Source: Octopus sinensis (Eukaryota). From it: DNA of 64,000 bases. Shown here one piece after another: positions 1-11,399 of this stretch. The stretch is from positions 94,240,001 to 94,304,000 of the forward strand of contig NC_043006.1 of the NCBI RefSeq assembly GCF_006345805.1, written 5' to 3'. How positions within the stretch are numbered: position 1 is the stretch's first letter; each line of letters starts with the position of its first letter. The notes below the pieces were generated by a model that saw only the letters and a list, made by a program, of their open reading frames with translations, was not told where the DNA came from and searched no databases. A program made the translations under genes and the position numbers.

Positions 1-407
1 AAAGTGGACTTGTTTTACGTTTAGCACTCAATACATGAAACAGGTATAGAGTTTCAAATAAAGTATGCATGTATATATGAATATAAACACACACACGCAC
101 ACACACACGCATACATACACACAGATACACACATACACAGATAAAGAAGGGATGTATGTACCAGTTTATATATAATTATATATGTGTATATATATATGCA
201 TATATAGATGGATACACACATACACATGTAATGGATATGTGCAAGTACACACAAATCTTCACATATTTATATATATTGCAACAAAAAAATGCACTTTAAT
301 TACAACAATGGATTATAATAACTGTTGTGATTTAATCATCCATAGTCTGATATGATATTTCAGAATATAGAATTTCCTTCTTCAGATATCCCTAGAGATT
401 GATCGAG

Positions 408-569
408 TCACTGTTGCAATCGATTTTCCAACGATTTTTTCCCTTTTTTTTCCCTCAGAAGTGTCTCTGCACTAGTCTCACGAAGCTCCTTCCGGAATTC
501 CTCGTGAGAAGTGCGTCAGCGCGGCCATGTCTCAAGCTCTCTTAATCTACTTTTTGTGAGCCTTAAAAC
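408..569 (-). CDS. Candidate terminal coding exon: VLRLTKSRLRELETWPR*(UGA)RTSHEEFRKELRETSAETLLREKKGKKSLENRLQQ*
   Basis: Minus-strand acceptor ttttgttgtgctttag|G at 569. Frame 0 is open except for one TGA (518-516) and ends at a second TGA (410-408). Charged, helix-like composition. ATTAAA at 300-295 downstream. The alternative phase-1 reading ends xFKAHKK*. No homolog recognised. Confidence 0.35.
469..514 (-). promoter_or_regulatory. RNA stem-loop with GGAA (GNRA) tetraloop starting 2 nt after a UGA
   Basis: 5'-GCACT TCTCACGAG GAA TTCC GGAA GGAG C TTCGTGAGA CT AGTGC-3'. Pairings GCACT/AGTGC, TCTCACGAG/TTCGTGAGA and TTCC/GGAG. The G-U pairs work only on the minus strand. Confidence 0.55.
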
Positions 570-934
570 CTAAAGCACAACAAAACTCAACTTTCTCTAC
601 AATGACTATCGCAACCTGAATTGGACACACCTTTTTATGCGGCGGTTACTTCCACGCTTGATTGAACCCTAAACAATAACATAATTCGTTCATCAAACCA
701 AAGAAAATCTCACATCACCATACTTTCTTTCTCTTTCATCCCTTCTGACACGTTTATTTTCCCATCCTATCTCCACCTCGTCTAATAATCAGTTTATATA
801 GCTCCACTTACCCACAAGAAGCGACTATGTAACCTACCGCCCACGGTTTACGTAACTTGTTATGTCACTTTCATTCGAAGTCTCTGTCGCAAGCAAATGT
901 GGTGGACGAGGTTGTAAGGACTGAATTTACAATA

Positions 935-1177
935 TTTACATTTGACGGATATTTGTCCTCATCTTGTTTGTTGTTAACACAATGTTTCGGCTGATATACT
1001 CTCCAGTCTTCATCGGGTGTCTTGTGGAAATTTCGAACCTGGGTTCTCTTTCCTAGGGTATGAAGGCTAGAGGGTATATTAGCCGAAACGTTGTATTAAC
1101 AGCAAACAGGATGAGGATAAATATCTGTCAAATGTAAATAATATACATAATTCCTCATCTCTTAAAAATAGAACTGT
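935..1177. mobile_element. Fold-back Penelope-type repeat with about 80-bp inverted arms carrying degenerate hammerhead cores
   Basis: tttacatttgacggatatttgtcctcatc...cttcatc (about 936-1015) is the reverse complement of tatgaaggct...gtcaaatgtaaa (about 1059-1139). The terminus cataattcctcatctcttaaaaatagaac recurs at about 24460 and at both ends of 25593-26163. Confidence 0.7.
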
Positions 1178-1190
1178 GTAAGGAGTGAAG

Positions 1191-1237
1191 TCAAACACTT
1201 TCCACTTCAGTTAAGTCCTCATTGACATTGTCAAGTT
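1191..1237 (-). CDS. Candidate exon ELDNVNEDLTEVESV*
   Basis: Acceptor cattttcctttccaaatag, followed by 15 open codons with coiled-coil-like composition ending ESV*. Unvalidated. Confidence 0.2.
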
Positions 1238-1782
1238 CTATTTGGAAAGGAAAATGAGGTTGGAGAGGGAAACGTTTTTCTTCAAAGGTAGTTGACTATG
1301 GCAAAAATGGTCTCAGTGAATCGAACTACTCCAGATTGGAAAACTACAGTTAGGGGAGAGAAACTGGGCTTCTTTGACGGGCCCTAGCTGGAGCCTCTCC
1401 AGTCTGTATCAAGGGGAGAGCATTGTTGTTCAGTTCATATACTTTGTAATTTTTCATTTCATTTCTTCCTTTTTCTCTTTACCTGAATTTATGTAACACC
1501 CCACCACCACTACCTCTTTAATTGTAGCCTGTCTTTGTATTACTCGCCTTCTAATGTATCTGTGGCAATATAAAAGAAATCATCGTCATCATCACCATCG
1601 CAAGCACCACCAAACACGAACATCACTACTACCACCGCTACCACCACTACTATCAGCACACCAACACCCTTCATCGCCTCCGACATCATCGTCAACAACC
1701 CCACCACAACCACGAAGACTACCATAACCATCCATCACTACCATCAACACAACCTCCCCCACCCCGTCATCACTGATGATGG

Positions 1783-1834
<52 letters not shown>

Positions 1835-2236
1835 GCTGTGAATGAGTTTGATTCTGTGTTTAAACTGAGACTTGCCAACCAGTCCGTAATGAATCCACCA
1901 CCAAATTAGATCAAGTGTTGAACTACGTCAACACAATGGAGATTTACATCTGACCAAATAGATAACCAATTGTGCTGTTGCGCCCCACCCCAACCCCCGC
2001 TGCTGCTCACCATTTCTATCCACCACAACACGCCTCCTTTCTCTTCCTCCTACACTTTCTCATTCCTTCCTTTCAGCCATCATTCCTTCCTTCCTTCCTT
2101 CCTTCCTTCCTTCCTTCCTTCCTTCCTACCTTACCCTTTCCTCGTCTCTGATTTAATTACTGAAAGCGTCTACGCCATCTCGCTAACTATTGTCTTCGTT
2201 TTATACGTTGTACAACAAGCTACTGATACTGAGCTC

Positions 2237-2273
<37 letters not shown>

Positions 2274-2289
2274 TATTATTATTATTATA

Positions 2290-2715
2290 GGCGCAGGAGT
2301 GGCTGTGTGGTAAGTAGCTTGCTAACCAACCACATGGTTCCGGGTTCAGTCCCACTGCGTGGCATCTTGGGCAAGTGTCTTCTGCTATAGCCCCAGGCCG
2401 ACCAATGCCTTGTGAGTGGATTTGGTAGACGGAAACTGAAAGAAGCCTGTCGTATATATATATATATATTATATATATATATATATATAATATATATATA
2501 TATATTTGTGTGTCTGTGTTTGTCCCCCCAGCATTGCTTGACAACCGATGCTGGTGTGTTTACGTCTCCGTTACTTAGCGATTCGGCAAAAGAGACCGAT
2601 AGAATAAATACTGGGCTTACAAAGAATAAGTCCCGGGGTCGATTTGCTCGACTAAAGGCGGTGCTCTAGCATGGCCGCAGTCAAATGACTGAAACAAGTA
2701 AAAGAGTAAAAGAGT
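2290..2715 (+). mobile_element. SINE family A, full-length (tRNA head + CORE-like segment + internal (TA)n(TG)n + 3' module)
   Basis: A box TGGCTGTGTGG, B box GGTTCAGTCCC, then cttgggcaagtgtcttc; ends gactgaaacaagtaaaagagt. More than 10 copies in the window. Confidence 0.85.
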
Positions 2716-2738
2716 ATTATTATTATTATTGTTATTAA

Positions 2739-2945
2739 GGCGGTGAGCTGGCAAAATCGTGAGCACGCCGAGCGAAATGCTTCGTGGTATTTCGTCTGCC
2801 ACTACGTTGAGTTCAAATTCCGCCCAAGTCAACTTTACCTTTCATCCTTTCGGTGTTGGTAAAATAAGTACCAGTGAAACACTGGGGTCAATATCCTCGA
2901 CTAGTCCCCTCCCCCCAAAGTTTCAGGCCTTGTGCCTACAGTAGA
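2739..2945 (+). mobile_element. SINE family B (tRNA-derived, Meta-domain-like centre)
   Basis: ggcggtgagctggca head, B box GAGTTCAAATTCC, then cctttcatcctttcgg..ataaaataagtaccag; (ATT)n tail. Confidence 0.8.
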
Positions 2946-3009
<64 letters not shown>

Positions 3010-3490
3010 GTTGTTGTTGTTGTTGTTGTTGCTGTTGTTGCTAAGCACGGTGATCGTGTTGGTTACCATCATCGCCGTCGTAGCTGTCTCAGCCGCCAGC
3101 AAATTCATCCCTCGTTGCCGTCGTCGTCGTCACCACCACCACCACCACAACATCGGTTAGTTGAGGTGTGGTGATCCGTTTTCTCTATTCTTTGTCTTTT
3201 GTTTCATCGCAGTAAATGATTGCTTACCACATTTTTTCTTCTTTTTGACGACGACGATGACGACGACGACGATGACGACGACGACGACGATGATGATGAT
3301 GATGATGATGTCATTATGTGATGATGTCAGTGACAACAGCGCCCAGCCAACCGGACTACCTTACTCTATGTATCAATGTGGAAATGGTTGGGTACGCATT
3401 CGGCAGGCACGTGGCACTTCGCATACACGTGACCTGTCCGTCGCGGGTAGAAGCCAACCGAAGTGCTTCCGGTTAACCCGAGTGTATGAT

Positions 3491-3820
3491 CAGGCATGGC
3501 TGTGTGGTAAGAAGTTTGCTTCCCAATCACGAGTTTCAGAATAGAGTCCCACTGCGAGGTGCCTCGGGCAATTGTCTTCTATAGCCATGGGCCGACCAAT
3601 GCCTTGTGAGTGGATTTGGGAGACGGAAAAGGAAGGAAGGCGGTGTCGTTGAATGCTCGAAATGAGGAGCAGAGAGACAGCCGACAACTGGTGAAGGGTC
3701 GTTTCTCTGTGTTTATTCATCCAGGTTTCCATTTTTTCTCTCTCGTTGTTTACGTATTTAACTCGTTTGTCTACACAGTTGGTGACATCCTGTACCCATA
3801 TATGCATGCACACACGCGCG

Positions 3821-3868
<48 letters not shown>

Positions 3869-4120
3869 TATGCGCGTGCGAATGCACACATATATACACA
3901 CACACACAAACACACACATATAGATATCTTGACAACAGATGTTGGTGTGTTTACGAACATGTAACTTAGCACTTCGGCAAAAGAGACCGAGAGATTAAGT
4001 ACCGAGCCTTACAAAATAAAAAAAAAATACTGAGCTCCATTCATTCGACGAAAAAGTTTTCAAGGTACTGCTCCAGCATGGCCGTAGTCCTAATAAGTGA
4101 AGCAAGTAAAAGGATAAAAA
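3491..4120 (+). mobile_element. SINE family A, diverged and interrupted
   Basis: Head at about 3491-3640 and 3' module at about 3925-4120 match the 2290 copy. Confidence 0.65.
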
Positions 4121-4304
4121 GATAAAAAATACTTTTTTTTTATTTACCGTTTTTTTCGGCTTCTTACGTTTCGAGTTCAAACTTCCATTCCTGTTTTTTG
4201 CGGTCGATCGAATGAAGTACCAGTGAAGTACGGGTATATGATGTACCGATGTGCTTTCGATCACGCTGACACTGCTAGCCTTGTGCCAAGATTCAAAACT
4301 ATCA

Positions 4305-4575
4305 ATAGCGGCGAGTTGGTACGCCTGATAAGATGCTTAGCGACATTTCGTCTGTCGCTACGTTCTGAGTTCAAATTCCGCCGAGGTCGACTTTGCCTTT
4401 CATCCTTTCGGGGTCGATAAATTAAGTACCAGTTACGCACTGGGGTCGATATAATCGACTTAATCCGTTTTCTGTCCTTGTTTGTCCTCTCTGTAGCCCC
4501 TTGTGGGTAGTAAAGAAATAGGTATTTTGTCTGTCTTTACGTTCTCAGTTGAAATCTCGCTGAGGTCGTCATTTT
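4305..4575 (+). mobile_element. SINE family B with tail, followed by a partial second copy
   Basis: gagttcaaattccgccgaggtcgactttgcctttcatcctttcggggtcgataaattaagtaccag...gtaaagaaatagg, then a second degenerate head. Confidence 0.8.
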
Positions 4576-4839
4576 ATCCCCTTGTTCCTAAATCAGATTC
4601 CATTATTATTTTACCATATTCCAATTGACATTGAATGAATCTGGATGGACGGAGTCTGTGCAGAAGCCCGTTAAACGGATTGTACGAGATCGTCTACTGA
4701 TTCAGTCTAAGGAACTGGCTCAGGCTACACGAGTCTCAGGAATACACAGCCACTTAAGCACTAATTGAATATTTATGAACATCAGTTGATCGAACAACTA
4801 GGATACTGCTCCGACGGAGGACATTTAGTTTAGTTTTGT

Positions 4840-5037
4840 TGTGGTTTTGCTGTTGGCGATAGTGATGATGATGATGACAACGACGACGACGATGAGATGA
4901 TGATATTGATGATGATGGTGGTGTTAATGATTTTGTTGCTGCTGTAGCTTATGGTGATACTTATAATGATGATGATATTGGCAGTGGTGGTGGTAGCGGC
5001 GGTGGTGAGGATGATGCGGTCGTGGTAAAATTTATGG

Positions 5038-5093
<56 letters not shown>

Positions 5094-5280
5094 CTGATGC
5101 TGATGATGATCAGGATGATCATAATGATGGTTAATGGTGGTGGTTGTGGCAGCTGCAGATGAGGTGGCGGCAGCGGTGGCGGTGGTGGCGGAAGTTGTGC
5201 GCGACGACGATGGCGGCGGCGGTGGCAGCGGTGATGTTGGTGCTGGTGACGGCGACGGTGGCGGCGGCGATGAATGAAGG
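4840..5280. repeat. Mosaic trinucleotide tract (GAT/GGT/GGC/GAC)n
   Basis: Directly visible; it accounts for the poly-His/Pro/Thr ORFs at 4830-5380. Confidence 0.9.
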
Positions 5281-5514
5281 TACATTTAGACGCGTAGCCA
5301 TCATTCAACAACAGACATTGAAAGCAAAGAAACAAATACAATGGAAGCAGCCAACCAGCTCTTGGAACTTTCTCAAATAATTCACCGACCTAACCACCCT
5401 GTGCCACACACACACACACACACACACACACATCACCGCCACCCACCATCATCACTACCATGACAGCCTCTGCTGTCTTTACGCACCGTCCTCCAATTCC
5501 AACGCTAAACTTAC

Positions 5515-5576
5515 TCCGGAGAGTTGATGTGGTATGTAAAGAAAAGGACATCATCGGAATAACAATGGACAGAATC
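5515..5576 (-). CDS. Candidate 62-nt internal exon (DSVHCYSDDVLFFTYHINSP or ILSIVIPMMSFSLHTTSTLR)
   Basis: Acceptor cattcaatag, donor GGA|gtaagt; two open frames. Confidence 0.25.
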
Positions 5577-5703
5577 CTATTGAATGACTGCACGCACAAA
5601 CACACATAAACACATGCATTTATACACGCACACACACACACACACATAAACACACATATATATACATATATGCATATATGTGTGTGTGTATTCTTTTGCA
5701 TTC

Positions 5704-5741
<38 letters not shown>

Positions 5742-6169
5742 CATAAACATACACACATGAGATATATGGCTGTGTGCATGTATGTATCTATCAATCTCTT
5801 CTCTCTCCCTCCCCCCTCTCTCTATCTGTCTCCATATATGTATACACGCACATGTATATATATATATATATGTATGTATATATGAACACATATCAACGCA
5901 CTAATGCATAATTTAATACACATTCTCTCTCTCTCTCTCTCTCTCTGACACACACATACACAGAGTGTCTTACTTGTTGTTGAACCTTTTGTTGCCAAGA
6001 CAACCACGCTCTTCATCACTCATCTTTTGTCAATGATAAAGATTCCATTTAGATGAAGTAGACTTAAAAGGTCTACTACCACCACCACCACCATCATCGC
6101 GAACATTACTACTACTACTACTACTACTACTTGGTTTCTAACAAAGCCACAATGTCTCATATCTGAAGG

Positions 6170-7300
6170 AGAATTGCTGTGTCGACAAAATCGACCCCAG
6201 TGCTTGACTGGTATTTATATTTTATCGACTCGGGAAATTATAAACAATGATCTTGGCTTGATTTGAACTCGGAGGGTAATATAACCCTCGGTTTCTTTTC
6301 TCCCCCCCCCCCCTTGATCCTTCCTTCACTGCTTTCGTTGAAGATGCTGATTGTTTCATTTTTTTCCTTCAGTACTAAGTCAATAATTCTGAGGGGAGGG
6401 TTTTAGTCAATTATTTCGATTCCAATGTTAATTTATTCTGCAGACCCCCGAGGTGGGGTAGGATTGGGTGGGGTGGGGTGAAAATCAAAGTTGAGCGAGC
6501 TCGTCAGGATCTGAATTTAGAGTGTAAAGAACCAGAATGTATTTGCTAATCCACCCCGTTATAGCCTTTATGAAAGAAATTTTAATTTTACATTCTGTGT
6601 TAGTTGATTATATCGACCCGAGTACTTTACAGGTATCTATTTTCTCCGGCGCCCTGACGATTCTGCCATTTCCAGGAGAAAAGAGAAAATTGACTTCGGC
6701 GGGGTTTGAACCCAAAAGGCAAAGTGTTGGGAGAAATATTCTTTTCTACTTAAGGCACAAGGCCTGAAATTTTGGGGGTAGGAGGCCAGTCGATTAGATC
6801 GACCCCAGTAGGCAACTAGTACTTAATTTATCGACTCCGAAAGGATGAAAGGCGAAGTCGACCGCGGAGGAATTTTAATTTAGAACGTAAAGACAGACGA
6901 AATAGCGAAGCATTTTGCCCGGCATGCAAACATTTCAGCCAGCTCACCGCCATATAATGATCTTTTCTACTCTTGGCACAAGGCCCGAAATTTGGGGGAT
7001 GGGGACCAGTCAATTATATCGACCCCAGTACGTAAGTGGTACTTTTTTTTATCGACTTTGAAACGATGAAAGGCAAAGTCGACCTCGGCGGAATTTGAAC
7101 TCACAACGTAACGGCAGAAGAAATACCGCTCAGCATTTCGCCCGGCGTTCTAACGATTCTGCCAGATCGTCGGCTTAGTTGGATGAAATATTGCAAAAAG
7201 CCGGTCCCGGCAGAATTTGAACTCAGAATATAACGATGGGAGAAAATCTCCTCAGGATGTTGTCCGGCGCACTACCGTTTCAGCCAACTCACCACCTTGC
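6170..7300 (-). mobile_element. Head-to-tail cluster of about six family-B SINE copies
   Basis: atcgaccccag..ttatcgac..gaaaggatgaaaggc..aaagtcgacc..gaatttgaactc recurs at about 6190, 6420, 6610, 6800, 7015 and 7215. Confidence 0.8.
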
Positions 7301-7540
7301 TAATTAATGCACTTAATGAGCATAATGAATGTTAATCATTCCTATTTTATATCTCTCCAAATTAACTGGAAAACATGAAAGAAATATGACTCAAAAGGTT
7401 TGCTAGAGACGCATTTCGTAAATTTTATCCATCTTGAAGAAAATTATCTTTGATTTGTGTTTCATTTTCTATTATTTCATTTATGGAATTATATCGAACA
7501 CCTGTTGTCACATACAGGTCGGATTCGGCTTTTATAGAGA

Positions 7541-7648
7541 ATGGCAATGCAGTTCTCTGGTCTCAGACTTCAAGCTAGCAATGCGCCATTGAAAGTCACT
7601 CAGGAACTCGTCAATGTCTTCAAGTTACACATGGAGATGAAATTTGGG
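7541..7648 (+). CDS. Candidate start-codon exon MAMQFSGLRLQASNAPLKVTQELVNVFKLHMEMKFG
   Basis: Acceptor catacag| at 7517, ATG at 7541, donor GGG|gtatgg at 7649; unique, non-repetitive sequence. No homolog recognised. Confidence 0.25.
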
Positions 7649-8782
7649 GTATGGAGAGAGGTGTTCTGTAATTTTTGCGAAAAGATGGATGAAAGTGATA
7701 ATCATGTCTCAGACGAATGGGATTACTCCCAACCTGAGTTCAAATCCTGCCGAGGACAAACACACACACACACACACACACAATCATTCTCATGCAAAGA
7801 TGTACATGTTTGTATGTATGTATATTCATGTGTATGTGTGTGTATATGCATCTATGTTTATATGTGTATATATGTGTGTTATGTTCGTACATATGTGTGT
7901 ATACGTGTGTATGAAAATATATGGATATAAATATGCTGAATGTATGTATGTGTGTATGGATTCTAAAAACTATTTATAAAAAATTATATTTTTGAATAAA
8001 TATGTTCTCGGCATTATTGAAATATAGATACACAACCGTTTCCTCGATCCGTAACTACATTGAGCAGCTGGCCGAATTTAGAATAATTTAATTTAGTTGA
8101 AAAATGCCATGAATTCTAGCGAACAGAAGGAAAGTTGTTAGATCTAGATAAATTTAATTAGAAAATTTCTATTTAGGAGTGTTTTAAAATAGAGAAATTA
8201 ACTTTCATCTACCAATGTTATTTAGACTTCGTTTCGTCTACACGTGTTTTTTTCTTCTTTTTCCTTTTTTTTTTTTTTGCATATCTCTCCTTTAGAGAAA
8301 TTTAGAAATTATAACATTTCTATTTTGCTTTGTTTCTCAGAATTTATTCTTTATGGTTTCATGCACTTGTTGTTGTTGTGTTGCTGTACAAGCAGAAATA
8401 ATGTGGGCCAGTGGACTCAGTAAGAGGACGTAACTCTAGCTCCTTCTCTTTTAGCTTCGCTCCTGAGGATCTGTGATATTTTTTTCAACCTGTGGCACGT
8501 TTTTACGGGTTTGTAACGCACTCGTGAGTACACATAAATTCACAGACATGTATGCACAGAAAGGTATATACCAACACTCACGCACACACGCACGCACACA
8601 CACACACAAACACACACACACACAACACACACAGATATATATATATATACATATATATGTTCATATATATATACATATAGATACATAATATATATAAATA
8701 CATGTATATTTTTTCCATCCTTGTTTTCGTATACATTCGCTGCTTTTTTCCGAGGAATTTAGTGCTCTTAGCTTAGTTTTAC

Positions 8783-8853
8783 CTTGGGGCTGGTCAGTTT
8801 GGAGCAATCTCGAGTATAACCAGCCGAAATTGCAAAGATAATCAGGAACTCGA
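8783..8853 (-). CDS. Candidate 71-nt exon (EFLIIFAISAGYTRDCSKLTSPK or RVPDYLCNFGWLYSRLLQTDQPQ)
   Basis: Strong acceptor ttttctttcctcag, donor AAG|gtaaaa. Confidence 0.3.
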
Positions 8854-9226
8854 CTGAGGAAAGAAAACTCCGAATGACCCGTCCCTGTTTTTTCTTGTCC
8901 CTTTTTTGTAACATCTAACTGTCTGGATGTTTTGCGTTCTTGTCCCATTGTTTGCATTCCTTTATTATATATATACATATATATCGTGTACATTTTATGT
9001 GAATAATATATAGCCTATTGACTAATTTTTTTTGTGCTAGGCCACTGGTAATAATAATTTCTATAATTCTTATTAACCTAATATTATGTTCCACGTCCTC
9101 GCGTTGTTGTGTTTTTTTGTGCTTTCTTGTTGGATTAACTTTATATATATATATATATATAATATATATATATACAGAGAGAGAGAGGGGGGGGGTGAGA
9201 GAGGTTTTAGAACAAGCCTGTTTGCT

Positions 9227-9287
<61 letters not shown>

Positions 9288-9472
9288 GCATACTCGCGCA
9301 TGCATGCACGCACGCACACATAAACACCACCCATGTACACACACGAATATTTGCAAATACGTATATGGCTATGATGAGAAAGGGAGAGAAAAAGGACGAA
9401 GATTGAGAAAGAAAGACTGAGTGACAGATAATAATAGGCAGGTAGAGAGAGAGAGAGAGGGAGGGGGAGAGG

Positions 9473-9503
<31 letters not shown>

Positions 9504-9747
9504 AGACACAAACAGAGAGTGCAATTTCTTCGGTAAGGGTTTGCTAGTAAAATTGGGAAAGGATTTAAAGAACAAAATTTGTAGTGTGTCAATCATAAGA
9601 GTTGCAGGAAAAATTGATGCAACAGCAAATGCCATATCATAAGCGACCTTAATTGCTCATATGCATTAGTACATAACATATATTTCGCTATGAGGTATAT
9701 GCTATATATATGTATATGTATGCGTTTGCTTGTGTGTTTCTGTGTTT

Positions 9748-9789
<42 letters not shown>

Positions 9790-10074
9790 GTGTGAGTGTA
9801 TGCATTTGCCAATATACATACGTACTTACGTTGATGTTGAAATTTCAATAAAGGAGCTTTGGATCTAGGTTAGAAACCAGTTCTTTCTCTATTGGCAAGA
9901 AATCTTAAAATAAAACTGAACAGTAGTATACAACATGCATACATACATACATACATGCACACACACATACATACACACATACATAATACACACGTGCATA
10001 CACACATGCATAATATATACATGCAAATATCAAAAGGGAACAGGCATCACGTAATCACTATCATTGTCTTGCAG

Positions 10075-10094
10075 CTGTTTCCGCGCACTCGGAG
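10075..10094 (+). CDS. Candidate 20-nt microexon
   Basis: atcattgtcttgcag|CTGTTTCCGCGCACTCGGAG|gtgagt; near-consensus sites on both sides. Confidence 0.35.
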
Positions 10095-10385
10095 GTGAGT
10101 GCTTGTGAAGCATCTTATAGCCTCCACGGAGTCAATACACACACACACATGCAAACAAATGAAAATCTGAAAGATCGTGTAAGATCACTTGTAGGCTCGA
10201 ACCCTGCGTCTACAATCAACTGTAGACACAGTTTGATGTGCAGCTAAAACATTACACCAAAGTGACCACACGACATCATCCGACTAAGTTAGGAAGCATA
10301 ACGTTCTAATCTACTTTATACCAGCGGCCTATCACCAGTAAACTCAATCAATGCGGTATCAATATTGTGTATGTATACAGACACG

Positions 10386-10449
<64 letters not shown>

Positions 10450-10844
10450 TATACATAAGAGTGAAAAAGTTATATATTTGAATGGAAATGGTTGATTACT
10501 GTCCATACACACCATTGGGAAACTTAATATTTTGTATAGAGTAGTTTTTGTCACAGAGATTGAAGAAAAGTTCAATGTATCCAAGTGACTATCAGTTTCT
10601 TCGCTCGGCTCTTTATTCAGTAGAATCAAGAAGCGGTACTTATACACACACACACACGCGCGTCATACACACGCTCAGAATTAGACCAATATATATTGGT
10701 TTATCCAATTCCGAAAGTGTTAGTGCAATGGGTATATATTTCGGAGATCTATATCAACGCAAAATATAAAACTTCTCAGTAATGGCGTAGAATGGGGCCC
10801 ACTTGTGATATTTGTTCCACCCGAGTTTTACAGACAATCTCTTA

Positions 10845-11075
10845 TTTTATTGCTCACAAGGGGCTAAACATAGAGGGGACAAACAAAGAGAGACAAAGGG
10901 ATTAAGTCGATTACATCGACCCCAGTGCGTAACTGGTACTTAATTTATCGATCCCCGAAAGGATGAAAAGCAAAGTCGACCTCGGCGGAATTTGAACTCA
11001 GAACGTAACGGCAGACGAAATACCGCTAAACATTTCGCCCGGCGTGCTAACGTTTCTGCCAGCTCGCCGCCTTAC
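10845..11075 (-). mobile_element. SINE family B, full-length with tail
   Basis: Reverse complement of the 4305 copy including the ggcggcgagctggcagaaacgttagcacgccgggcg head. Confidence 0.85.
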
Positions 11076-11399
11076 AGACAATCTCTTGTCAGTTTCACCA
11101 TCCTAAGTGAAGGAAGTCTGTTGTTGGTTTTGTAAGAAATCTATAACCAACGACGCTGTTGTTCGCAGCAAGTAATGTACCTATACAATAAAATGAGAGG
11201 GCGAACTAAAAGCATGAGAAACGAGATGATGACGACGATGATGAGGCAAAGGAGGATGAGGAGGAAGAGGAAGGGGAGAAAGATAATGAGGGTGGTGGTG
11301 ATGGTAATGGTGATGATAACGACGAAGATGACGGTGATGATGAAGTGGAGAGGGAAGCATTGGACGACGGTTAATGATGATCTATAGCATCATCATAAT

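Noticed and set aside
516-518. Known selenoprotein or A-to-I recoded stop
   Set aside because: The WPR-U-RTS context matches no selenoprotein family I know, no SECIS was recognised, and the UGA adenosine lies outside the stem. Kept only as a minor alternative.
408-8853. In-phase minus-strand chain 8853-8783, 5576-5515, 843-831, 569-408
   Set aside because: It can be joined without stops but gives no recognisable protein and needs a weak 13-nt exon. It shows how easily chance chains arise, so only individual exons are listed.
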